A stretch of 63,986 nt of DNA, the filler included, from Sanchytrium tribonematis (Eukaryota), in NCBI GenBank assembly GCA_018985235.1. It is 5 parts of 5 records of this genome, joined end to end, with 100 filler letters (N's around TTAATTAATTAA, not from the genome) between each part and the next. Parts side by side here need not be neighbours in the genome. Positions count along the whole stretch, not along the records: positions 27,202 to 40,662 come from JADGIG010000189.1; positions 40,763 to 54,184 come from JADGIG010000190.1; 3 more parts are not named here. One strand, written 5' to 3'. The notes beneath the pieces were generated by a model. It made no database searches and was not told where the DNA came from. It saw nothing but the letters and a program-made list of their open reading frames with translations. Positions within the stretch are counted from its first letter, which is position 1. Every line of letters starts with the position of its first letter. Positions 34,385 through 44,043 of this stretch are shown here, piece by piece. The position numbers were made by a program, and so were the translations under genes.

Positions 34385-35513
34385 GAATCATGAAGAAGTT
34401 TTCGGTTTAGTGGAAGAGGGAGCCCTTTCCGCATTAGACCATTGGGGTGATGTTATGAAGTGCCAAACGGGCGACCAAACTGCTTGCAATGTGTTGGCAT
34501 TGAGATTGAGTGATGTTCAATTGAAGAACATCCAGAGTTTGCTTGAATTATTGGATCGTGTCAATCCAGGACAACTTGTACAAGCTAATTGGGGAATGAG
34601 CAATGAAAAAATGAAGAATTGGTTGGTTGACGTTGGTAAATTTTTCACAGGTGATTCTACACTGCCAAATGTGGAGGAATTGGTCAAATTATTGAATAAG
34701 GGAAAGAGACTATCGAAACGGCACAATGACCAAAGCCTAGGGAAAGCAGATGAAGCAGATGAAGAGAACCAAAATGTAGAACCTGCATCAGAGTCTTCCG
34801 AAAGAAGCTTAAGAACATTCTTGAGAAATCTTAGACATGGTATTTTTACAACACATGAATTTCTACCTGACACTCAAACACCCGGACGATGGCACCGTGC
34901 ACACACCGGATTTCACGATAGTGTAGCTCGTAAAATGAGAAAAGCATTGGCTAATAAGAATTTGCTTTTAGTTCTATTTGTTGGCATTTTGGTGTTGGTT
35001 GGTGCAGTGGGCGGTATGGCAGTTGGTTCCATGAGATACAATCATAACAAAAATGTTGCAAACAATGCAGATGCAGATAGAAACAAACTTTGCAATTGGG
35101 GCTATGACTGTCCTAATGGTAACTATCCTCCAACCTCAAAAACTGTAGAAAAATGGGTTAATGAACCACACTGTTACCGTTCTAAAAAAAGCATCAGGTA
35201 CGATAGCTGCTATCATTTGGAGCCAAGAACTATCGTCGAAGCTATCAAAAATTTAGACGAAAACACTGGCGAAGTCTTGACTGACGCATTAAAATATTTG
35301 GCAGCTTCAAATCAATGTACGGTTACCAATGCAGGTGAATTGCAAGGAGAAGATGCTGTTGCGGATTGTATGAAAATCGATGGTAAAGTGGATCATTTGG
35401 ATAATAATGCCAAAGGTTGGTTAGGATTATTAATTCCAAGTGTCTTTTTTACTGCTCTGGCACTGTGTACAGTGATTTGGAGTTCCGCAGCATTGGCATT
35501 GGACCCATATTGA
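34350..35513 (+). CDS. Tandem family member 3
   Basis: MLLPLTLLYARV signal, HWGDVMKC..C, KR sites, HxxHxxxH, two hydrophobic segments around a Cys-rich loop. Confidence 0.85.
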   Translation: MLLPLTLLYARVNHEEVFGLVEEGALSALDHWGDVMKCQTGDQTACNVLALRLSDVQLKNIQSLLELLDRVNPGQLVQANWGMSNEKMKNWLVDVGKFFTGDSTLPNVEELVKLLNKGKRLSKRHNDQSLGKADEADEENQNVEPASESSERSLRTFLRNLRHGIFTTHEFLPDTQTPGRWHRAHTGFHDSVARKMRKALANKNLLLVLFVGILVLVGAVGGMAVGSMRYNHNKNVANNADADRNKLCNWGYDCPNGNYPPTSKTVEKWVNEPHCYRSKKSIRYDSCYHLEPRTIVEAIKNLDENTGEVLTDALKYLAASNQCTVTNAGELQGEDAVADCMKIDGKVDHLDNNAKGWLGLLIPSVFFTALALCTVIWSSAALALDPY

Positions 35514-35699
35514 ATAAATCAACTGAAAACTTTATTAAACAGCATACAATTGTGCTCATTTTGCCATGTGTCAATCACATTATCAAAATACAATCAATGT
35601 TTGGGAAAAGGCATCTTTTCGTAAGGGGGTTATCGCACCAATCAAATGATGAGATAATGACATGGGGGATATACAAATAGAAATAGACAGATCATCCCC

Positions 35700-36794
35700 A
35701 TGTTGTTGCCATTGACGTTGTTGTATGCGCGTGTAAGTAATGTAAATGCTCTGGATGTGACGTTTGAGGTAATTGCCAACAATTGGGAACAGATTCGTAA
35801 CTGTGCAAATGGTGATTCTAATGCATGTCACTTTGGATTAAGTGAGCAAGAAAAGACAGCATTATTGCAAACTTATGGCAAAGTGGACAAATTCATGTCA
35901 GGACAATCGCATGCTTCAAATTTGCCATTTGGTCACGATTATTCGGAAGATTTAGTTGGAAATGTTGAGTTTTATCTAGCAAATCCAAGTGAATTGCCCA
36001 GTTTTAATCGAATTATGGCAATGATCAAGCGTAGCGATGTTGTATCCGACCGACATATAAACGTCAAGAAAAGAAGCGATGATGATAATGTTAATATTGA
36101 AGCAGGAAATGCTCCAGTTAATGCAGTAAATCCTGACTCTGCCAACAGACCAGGCTCTGAAGTACAGCGTAGAATCTCAAATTTGCACAATAGGCATATG
36201 AGTTTTCACCTTGAAATCAGGGATAAATTAAGACTATTAACGACTCTTCGATTATTTGCTTTTATTGCAGTTGGATTCTTATTTATCATTGGCACCATTG
36301 TTGGAGGGGTTTTTGCAGGTAAAAGTCTTTATTTGGCGAATCATGCGAGTGATAGAGCATATTCAGACTTGAATTTAAATTGTCATTATGTTAGTAAATG
36401 TGTCTTCGACTTGGATCCGACTGAGACAGTTGCAGTGAGAAAGAAAATAAAAAAGACCTGTAAAAAAAATGGCAAATCATATGATTGTTCTTATTGGTAC
36501 ACTGACTATATAGAAAAACCAATTAAATTTTTTAATAGATTTACTGGATTAAATCTAAACCCTGAAATGACTACGTATGTTAAGGACAATCTCTGTACAA
36601 TTTTTAATATCGGTCAATTGAAAAGTGAAGATGCTCAATCACTTTGTACCACAAAAGAACAGGACTATTTGCATTTAAAAACAAATACATTAGGGAGAAA
36701 AGTTTTGATGGGTGTAGATGTTTCTGGATTTGCACTTGGACTTGCGATGGTAACTTATGGGATTTGGGCACATAAAACTGGGCGTATGAAATAA
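35700..36794 (+). CDS. Tandem family member 4
   Basis: Same signal peptide and architecture as member 3. Confidence 0.85.
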   Translation: MLLPLTLLYARVSNVNALDVTFEVIANNWEQIRNCANGDSNACHFGLSEQEKTALLQTYGKVDKFMSGQSHASNLPFGHDYSEDLVGNVEFYLANPSELPSFNRIMAMIKRSDVVSDRHINVKKRSDDDNVNIEAGNAPVNAVNPDSANRPGSEVQRRISNLHNRHMSFHLEIRDKLRLLTTLRLFAFIAVGFLFIIGTIVGGVFAGKSLYLANHASDRAYSDLNLNCHYVSKCVFDLDPTETVAVRKKIKKTCKKNGKSYDCSYWYTDYIEKPIKFFNRFTGLNLNPEMTTYVKDNLCTIFNIGQLKSEDAQSLCTTKEQDYLHLKTNTLGRKVLMGVDVSGFALGLAMVTYGIWAHKTGRMK

Positions 36795-36838
36795 ATTAAA
36801 ATTGGTGTTATCTAAGGAAATAAAGACAGATCATCCCC

Positions 36839-37140
36839 ATGTTATTGCCATTGACGCTGTTGTATGCGCGTGTGAATTATGGGAATGTAGCCATACTAGT
36901 AAATTCACTTGCCGGGTTTGGAATGATATTCGGGAATGTCTAATTGGTGATCTAAATGCGTGTGAAAGTATTAGATCGTCTTCAACTGCCAATGAAAAAG
37001 CTATCTTTTTAAATTTTAATGAAGAAATAAAAAAAAGAGCAAATGAAGCCTATGAGCAATTAGATTTGCCATTTAGCATGAAAGATATTATGGATAAAAT
37101 CTATTATTATGCATCTAACTGGAAAAGATTGCCGGTATGA
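36839..37140 (+). pseudogene. Tandem family member 5, frameshifted and truncated before the Merlin element
   Basis: The ATG at 36839 gives MLLPLTLLYARV; a 1-nt shift is needed to reach WNDIRECLIGDLNAC; the ORF ends after YYASNWKRLP. Confidence 0.75.
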
Positions 37141-37240
37141 TACTAGAAGAAGAGACTGAAACTCTTTCTAAAACATATTGGGTCATATGAAGTGCAACGT
37201 CATACCGTTTGCAACATCTCCCCCAGACTCAATCCAAGAC

Positions 37241-38391
37241 ATGGATCCAATTGCTTTATTAAATAACATCCCAGCACTGCATCATTTCTCCGAGAACAGA
37301 GCATTCGTAAATAAATTGCAAGCAGTTGGGTTATTCTTTAAAGAAGGATTTTGCCCATCCAATCCAGATCATGGTCTCTTAACGTTTTATGAATGTAAGT
37401 ATAAAGCAGATAAATGCTTTTGGAGATGTAAAAAGTGTAAAAAAGTGGTAGGAGTACGTTCAGGATCATTGTTTTCTTATGGCAAATTGCCATTAAATAT
37501 TTGCGCAATTTTACTCAAAAAATTTTACCAGAAAGAGATGGCACTACTAACAGCACTTAATTTGGGTATCAACTACAATACCGTGCTGATGTATTATAAG
37601 AGATTCCGTCATTATGAGCAAGAAGCATTTCGCCAAATCTTTCAACCCATTGGAGGTCCGGGGATTACAATCGAAATAGATGAGGCCCTATTTCGAAAGC
37701 GAAAATATAATCGTGGTAGATCAAAGTGTACGTTTTGGATACTGGGTATGGCTTGCCGCTCTACTGGCAAGACCATTTTGATCCCTGTTTTAAACAGAAA
37801 AATGAAAACATTGAAGTACTTTATTGAGAAATGCGTACTTCCAGGTACCATTATAAATACCGATTGCTGGGCAGGCTATAATTTCATATCATCACATCCA
37901 AACAATTACACACATCATACGATAAATCATTCTTTGCCAGGAATTGGACGATTTGTTGATGTTTATTAACCCAGAAATACGCACTCAAATGATTGAAAGT
38001 AGATGGCATGATTTGCGTTTGCATTTACCTCAATATGGTGTTGATTTTGATAATATTGAGTCATATTTATATGACTTTATGTTTCGCAAATATTTGTCCA
38101 TAAAGAGATCTACAAAAGCCAAATCTGAGGACTATAAATCATTTATTAATGGTATCGTTGCCGCATATCCTCCTGGTCCTTTAGATGCGGCGATTGCAAA
38201 TGGTCAAAACTTCGAGTTGTTTGAGCACTTTTACCTGCTCAAAGGTACTTTGGACTAATTAAGACATAATAGCAAGTTGTATTACATACAGCGGTGCTGG
38301 TTATGAAGTTGTTGGAGATGAATTGGTGCCAATTGTTGATGATGAATTAGACAACGTGCCAGTAATAGAAGAAAATGAAGTGAATGAGTAG
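37241..38391 (+). mobile_element. Merlin (IS1595/ISXO2-like) transposase with one frameshift and a 19-nt intron
   Basis: Zn ribbon, IEIDEALFRKRKYNRGR, INTDCWAGY, HHTINHS, TQMIESRW; frameshift near 37960. TIRs not resolved. Confidence 0.88.
38245..38263 (+). other. 19-nt spliceosomal intron
   Basis: GTACTTTGGACTAATTAAG with a CTAAT branch site; extends the ORF with an acidic tail to TAG at 38391. Confidence 0.7.
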
Positions 38392-38925
38392 TAATAAGTA
38401 ATAAATAAGTATTTATAATATATTTAATCATTTTAAAGTCTTCTAAAATACATTGGATACTTGAATACCCAATGTTGTTTCAAGGGATCATTGTACAACA
38501 AAAACTAGATGTTGTACTAATAAAACAATAATAAAAACGTGTTTTATATCAAAAATAAATTTGAAAATATGTTTTTTGATTGTTTATATATGGTATTGAA
38601 TCATCAGTGACTTGACAAATATTAATTTTGCAATTCAAATTTTACGAAATTCAAAAATTTATCTTTATGAATTCAATATTCTCATAAACTTGATTATATT
38701 CAATAAAAAGGGCTTTTTTAGAGCATTCTAAAAATACCCAACATCAATACTTTTCCAACAAAAATGAAATGTGTAGAGGGGAAAAAAGGCAAATTTGCCA
38801 TCACGTTTCAAACGTCAAACCAATCAGTTTTAAAGTTATCTGGACGCCATTTCCTCCAATTAAATCATTTATTTATAATACATAATATTGGCCAATGAAT
38901 ATTCGCTCATTTTAGATGAATTCTT

Positions 38926-40140
38926 GTGACCAATTTCGTACCCACTTGTGGTCGATGGGGTAATCATGTGCAACTCCAGTCTCTTCTTTTATTGCCATAC
39001 CGATTAAATGCTAATGTGAATAGAACTAAAGATATCCAATCAATAAATAAGAAAGTTATAAGAATTCAACGTAAATTCAAACAAACAAGAAACAAATCAA
39101 AGAAAAAGCAGCTTTTGAAACAAATTCAACAAAGTAGGGCATTATATAATGCAGAGGCTAAAAAACAAGTCATTGAGACTCAACTTGAAGTTGTAGAGGA
39201 GCTGTTCAAAGATCCCAATGCAGCATATCACAAATTATGTGAAATTAAAAAATAAAATTTCCAAGACAAATCTTTGTTGCGATATCCAAGACATGCTTGA
39301 TTATCAAAACAGCATTTTAATCATCGAACACATGAGTGGATCAAACAAGAACTAACAGAAACTGAGAAACTGAGAACCAAATTGGCAATGTCTCAATTAT
39401 TTACTACAAATAAAATCAAGTCTGAACTCAAATATCTTAGCATAATAAAGGCACCAGGTGGTTTAATACCCACCATTGCCTACAAATTCTTGCCCAGAAA
39501 TGATATCAAAACCTTTAGACACCTGTTTTCACTTTTTTATTTTAAAGGAGAAATTCCAAATTCTTGGTCCGATTTAGGGATCGTTGAGATTTTTAAGAAT
39601 AAAGGATCGTCTGAAGATCCCAAATATTACAGACCCATTAGTCTGCTGGTTCCACTGCGAAAATTGTATGAAAAGATAATTTATTATCAAGGATTAAAAA
39701 ATAAATTGATCCCCTCATATCGCCAACATGGCTTTTGCGCTTCTCGTAGCACCAACACACAACTCTACTATGTCCATAATTTTATAAATCAGTTTAAAAA
39801 AGAGGGAAGTGTGATCATGGGATCACTTGATTTATCCAGTGCTTTTGATAGAATCATTTATGACGATATGATCTGAATGCACTCAGATTACTTCTAGTAA
39901 ATCAATCTTTACATTTATTGCGCGATAATAACAAGCAAAATGTAAAAATGAAGAAAGGTGTACCCCAAGGTGGTGCTCTTTCACCAATGCTCTTTTCCTT
40001 TGTCATTGACAAAGTGCAATCCGAATTGGATTATGATCCAACCAAATTGGCCATCTGTTTATACGCAGATGTCATGTTTTTAATTTCAAATGATCCAAAA
40101 TACTAACTAAACAACATTGTAAAAGGTATCAAGAACTATT
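38926..40140 (+). mobile_element. Degenerate non-LTR retrotransposon RT
   Basis: KAPG, YRPISLL, QHGF, LDLSSAFD, GVPQGGALSPMLF and YADV motifs, with stops. Confidence 0.85.
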
Positions 40141-40307
40141 CAAAGCAAACACCGCAGCAAAAAAGCAACCCAAAGCATCTTCTTCGCACACTTATTGCTA
40201 AATTTCATCCATTTGATGACCATGGGGTACTTTTACAGAGCACTGATCTATTTAAGGAAGCACTATATGAAATTTGCAACCACTACATCAGTTTAGAAAA
40301 TGACGAA

Positions 40308-40662
40308 TTGGAATCTAAAAAAGAAAAATTGGAAGAATTGATCTGTGCACAACGTGACAAACGCAAAGATCAAGAGGGTGAAGCACTAAAAAGTCTAGAG
40401 AGTGCATTGATCACATTGGAAACTGCACTAGAAGAATTGGAATCAAAATTTGTCAGAAAAATGGAAAAGAATGATTTTCGATCATTCAAATTTATCCTAC
40501 AACACCGATTCATTGAGATTATTACACCCAATTTATTTCAAAACTTTTTAAAAATGGGGTTTCAGTACATTCAGACTTGTGAGCCATTTGATTTTTACTT
40601 TAAATCCGCTGTAAGCTACTCAGATGAGAATTATTATGTTTTTCTCCACAATCAATCGAAAT
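40308..40662 (+). CDS. Hypothetical coiled-coil protein fragment, truncated
   Basis: Open to the contig end; start uncertain. Confidence 0.35.
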
Positions 40663-40762
40663 NNNNNNNNNNNNNNNNNNNNNNNNNNNNNNNNNNNNNN
40701 NNNNNNTTAATTAATTAANNNNNNNNNNNNNNNNNNNNNNNNNNNNNNNNNNNNNNNNNNNN
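40663..40762. other. Artificial contig spacer
   Basis: N44-TTAATTAATTAA-N44. Confidence 0.99.
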
Positions 40763-40764
40763 AG

Positions 40765-41091
40765 CAATTTATTTCGACATTACAAAGTAGATGTAAATGC
40801 GAATTTGAAGATTCAAGGATACTTTCGTCTAAAATTTTAAGTAATCTTGCAACTGAATTCACACAGTACCAAACTAACTCTTTTGTGTATGAAGTCTTAA
40901 TATCAGAGGATTCTGTTGAAGTTGCGTACAATCTGGCGAATTGTTTAATTCATTTAAATGGCGAAATTGTTGATATTCTTCGCAGTTTTAGAAATAAGGA
41001 AATAAACAAAGTTATTGGAGTGAATGAGGAAGTGGATCAAGTTGAGTGGCTAATGTCAATCGAGAAGGTAGAACAGCAAGATTGCTATTAA
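40765..41091 (+). CDS. C-terminal fragment of a helical (ARM/HEAT-like) protein
   Basis: Frame open from the contig start; stop overlaps the RPC19 stop. Confidence 0.5.
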   Translation, partial: QFISTLQSRCKCEFEDSRILSSKILSNLATEFTQYQTNSFVYEVLISEDSVEVAYNLANCLIHLNGEIVDILRSFRNKEINKVIGVNEEVDQVEWLMSIEKVEQQDCY

Positions 41092-41402
41092 AAATTTACT
41101 ACTGCTTCTTGCCAAGTTGTTTCCATATGATCTACAATCTGAAGTAAATTTGTAAAAGCGTCATCTAAAACTAATGATGCAGGATGCTCCGCAGTCTGAA
41201 TTCGTAAATGTATTCGATTATCGCTAGGGTGTGGAATCGAATAGGCAGCAAATTCAACTCTTTCGTCTTTCATTAACATCCATCTCAATAAATTTCCTAT
41301 TGTATGGTCTTCGTTTTCAATGCTGAAAGTGGCGCAGGTTTTGTTATCGTGCTCACTTAATAATATTATTTTTTGAGTTGTCAATAATTCGCTCGTTGAC
41401 AT
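41088..41402 (-). CDS. RPC19: RNA polymerase I/III subunit AC19 (RPAC2)
   Basis: ENEDHTIGNLLR..VEFAAYSIPHPS..IHLRIQT. Confidence 0.93.
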   Translation of the reverse strand: MSTSELLTTQKIILLSEHDNKTCATFSIENEDHTIGNLLRWMLMKDERVEFAAYSIPHPSDNRIHLRIQTAEHPASLVLDDAFTNLLQIVDHMETTWQEAVVNF

Positions 41403-41545
41403 GGAGATTCAAGGAGAGTTGCCGAAAATCTGACGCAGTAGCTTGATTGCGAATCTAATTTTATCATAGTTAAATTATAATTAAGTTTCCAGCATTGATA
41501 CTTATATTCATTTATATATTCAATCGCTCTTATAACCCGTGTATC

Positions 41546-42226
41546 ATGTTTTGGCAATTTCAATTTGCATTCGCTGCAGTCAAGGTCGTTCAAACCGATG
41601 GCACTGAGGTTTTGAGTAAAGATTCTGGAAAATCTATCAAAGTACAACCTCAAACTAATCAGTTAATCATCAATTTTCCAAATCTCAAATCTTGTCACAT
41701 CAAAGGTGCTGAGCTCGTGTCTTTCAAAACCACAAAGCAGAACAGAGATTCAGTATGTGAAATCGAGATCCCTTTGGAGACAAAAATACCATTTACAAGC
41801 ACAGTAGAACTCATTGTAGTTGGAGACAGCACTGAAACCGTTGAATTGCAGGACTTTGCATCAAAAATTGCAAGCCTTAGTAGTGACATCGAGGAGGAAC
41901 CTTTTACAAAATTAAACGAGATTGAGCATGTATTTGGTGGTGAGGAAGAAAGAGGTAATTGGTTTGCTACGGGCGCTATCTCAGCAGCAATTGTTATTGT
42001 ACCTTGGCTTTATCTTGTTTTTCAGGCTCAAAAAGTTAGATACCGAATCTATGGGAGTGGGTTGTTATTTTTGGCATCCATAGCATGTCACTTCTTTATC
42101 AATTTTAACTTTTGGTTTCATGGAAGTTTGTTTTCCACCCTATTTCAACACTTTGTTTTGGGCATTGCTACTATTTTGTTTGGACACAAAGCATTAGTAG
42201 AAAGAATAAAATTACACCATCAATAA
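41546..42226 (+). CDS. SWP1: Oligosaccharyltransferase subunit Swp1/ribophorin II (shortened)
   Basis: Signal peptide, EIEHVF motif, three C-terminal TM helices ending GHKAL. Confidence 0.75.
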   Translation: MFWQFQFAFAAVKVVQTDGTEVLSKDSGKSIKVQPQTNQLIINFPNLKSCHIKGAELVSFKTTKQNRDSVCEIEIPLETKIPFTSTVELIVVGDSTETVELQDFASKIASLSSDIEEEPFTKLNEIEHVFGGEEERGNWFATGAISAAIVIVPWLYLVFQAQKVRYRIYGSGLLFLASIACHFFINFNFWFHGSLFSTLFQHFVLGIATILFGHKALVERIKLHHQ

Positions 42227-42251
42227 ATTGTTCGAAAATATATGACATTTA

Positions 42252-44018
42252 TTAGTTCAAGATATTGTTAATTTTCATTTTGGACTTGGCTCTATCTTGT
42301 ATGTCTTTGAGATTCGGTAGAGTGGTATTCGAAATATCTTTAGATTCAGGCCTATCAGTTGGGCCTGATTGCTTTGACCTCTTATTAACTTCCCCAGGTA
42401 GCTGAATTTTCGGAAGTCTTTTGGTATTTTCCTGTGACAAATTGCTCTTTTGAGTTTTGTCAATAAATTTCTTATCGTCAATCTTTTTCTTCTCAAATAA
42501 TTTCGGATCAAAAATTTCATTGAGTGGTTTTAGTACTGGCTTGTTAGAAATCTGATCGGAACCCAAGTTTTGAACTAATTTGGTTTTTTCTTGTTTCATT
42601 TCGTGGGCTTTTTTGCCTTCTTCCAACGTAGCATTTTTTGAAGGTGCCTTTAAAGTGGTAGAGACCTCTTTCTTTTTTTCTTTAAGAGAAGGTTCAATAA
42701 CTATTTTCTTGGGAGAAACATGAGTGGTTGGCTTGGGATCAATTTTCATATCATTATCGGAACTGGTAGCGCTTTTGATAACCATGTCATTGTTGATTTT
42801 TTTAAATGTTAAATCTGCATCGGGGGATTCTTCAGGAGTTTCTTCGGCGGTTTCTTCCTCTTCGCTCACTGGTTTTGGCTTCTTCTTCCTTCCTCTTTTC
42901 TTGTACACTTTTTTGGTAACTTCTTTTAAAGAGCCTTCGTCGCCCAAAGTAGCTTCTACGCTCGTGGAGTTTCTTGGTTTTCTAGATTTTGTGGATTTGG
43001 AACGACTTTTTGAGACGCTACTTTTTGGCTTTTTCTTCGTTGTCTTCGTGAAACTCTCATCATCGGTTGACACCGAACTCTCTTCTATACTTTTGTTCAT
43101 ATAGTCCATATATTCGTCTTCAGATATATACGCATGTGCAGCGTCCTCTTCACATTTTCTAAGTAAATTAGGGTTCTCTATTGTCAACAATCTAGTAGGT
43201 GCCCAACTTTGAAAAGCAATTTCGTTTGATAAAACTATTCTTTCCCTACTGGGCCAATCTCTATAATAAATTGATCTATGAACAGCGCACTTATAGCAGC
43301 AATCCAAATTATGGAAAGTATGGTACAATTCATCATACACCTTTTTTTCCATGTCAGTCACATCTGGATCAGATATGTATTTTTCTCTATATTCATAATT
43401 CATGAAAGGAAGGCCTTCTGAGAGAGGTATGGAATACGTTTGCTTACAGCGTTTACAAACTGGGTATTGAATCAATTTCCTCTCTCCTTTTATTACAAGA
43501 CTGCACTTCGGAAAAGTCACAAGTTCTCCTGGCTCTATCTTTCTCGTGGCTTTCATCTCAATTTTTATGCCTGAAATTTCAAAAGTGGCATTTGGATTGT
43601 CACTCCATCGACAATATAAAATAGGGCCCACTAAGCACCCATCAATGATGTACGAACATACACCCAAATCATCATTTTCGCTTAAATACTCTCTAGCTGT
43701 CATCCAAAAATCATTTTGTTGAACGGCAAAATCAACTTTGCAAAATGCGTCCCATAGAGACATCCAACTATGAACAATTTCTCTAGCATATGGATCAGAG
43801 ATTTTCTTGACAGCTTTGATATCTTCAGCGATGATCTCATACAGACTTGCACCATTAAATCCTTCAAAATATGAATCAACATACCTTCGAATTTTGTATA
43901 GCACAAAAAAGTTGGGCATCGCATTCTTAAAATTGTACATTTGCAAAAACAAAGTTCTAAATGCCACTTCTGGAAAATCGGGTACATGCTCTGTTTGCTG
44001 AACGTCCATTGCTGTCAT
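42252..44018 (-). CDS. SET9: Set9/KMT5-like SET-domain protein with degenerate catalytic motifs and a Lys-rich tail
   Basis: LVGP..., ATRKIEPGELVT, and the fungal Set9-like motif CYKCAVHRSIYYRDWP. Confidence 0.6.
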   Translation of the reverse strand: MTAMDVQQTEHVPDFPEVAFRTLFLQMYNFKNAMPNFFVLYKIRRYVDSYFEGFNGASLYEIIAEDIKAVKKISDPYAREIVHSWMSLWDAFCKVDFAVQQNDFWMTAREYLSENDDLGVCSYIIDGCLVGPILYCRWSDNPNATFEISGIKIEMKATRKIEPGELVTFPKCSLVIKGERKLIQYPVCKRCKQTYSIPLSEGLPFMNYEYREKYISDPDVTDMEKKVYDELYHTFHNLDCCYKCAVHRSIYYRDWPSRERIVLSNEIAFQSWAPTRLLTIENPNLLRKCEEDAAHAYISEDEYMDYMNKSIEESSVSTDDESFTKTTKKKPKSSVSKSRSKSTKSRKPRNSTSVEATLGDEGSLKEVTKKVYKKRGRKKKPKPVSEEEETAEETPEESPDADLTFKKINNDMVIKSATSSDNDMKIDPKPTTHVSPKKIVIEPSLKEKKKEVSTTLKAPSKNATLEEGKKAHEMKQEKTKLVQNLGSDQISNKPVLKPLNEIFDPKLFEKKKIDDKKFIDKTQKSNLSQENTKRLPKIQLPGEVNKRSKQSGPTDRPESKDISNTTLPNLKDIQDRAKSKMKINNILN

Positions 44019-44043
44019 CAGGTTTCAAGTTACAAAAAATATT

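Noticed and set aside
37140..38480. TIRs and target duplication for the Merlin element
   Set aside because: Only loose similarity near 37170-37200 and 38440-38480; boundaries cannot be supported.
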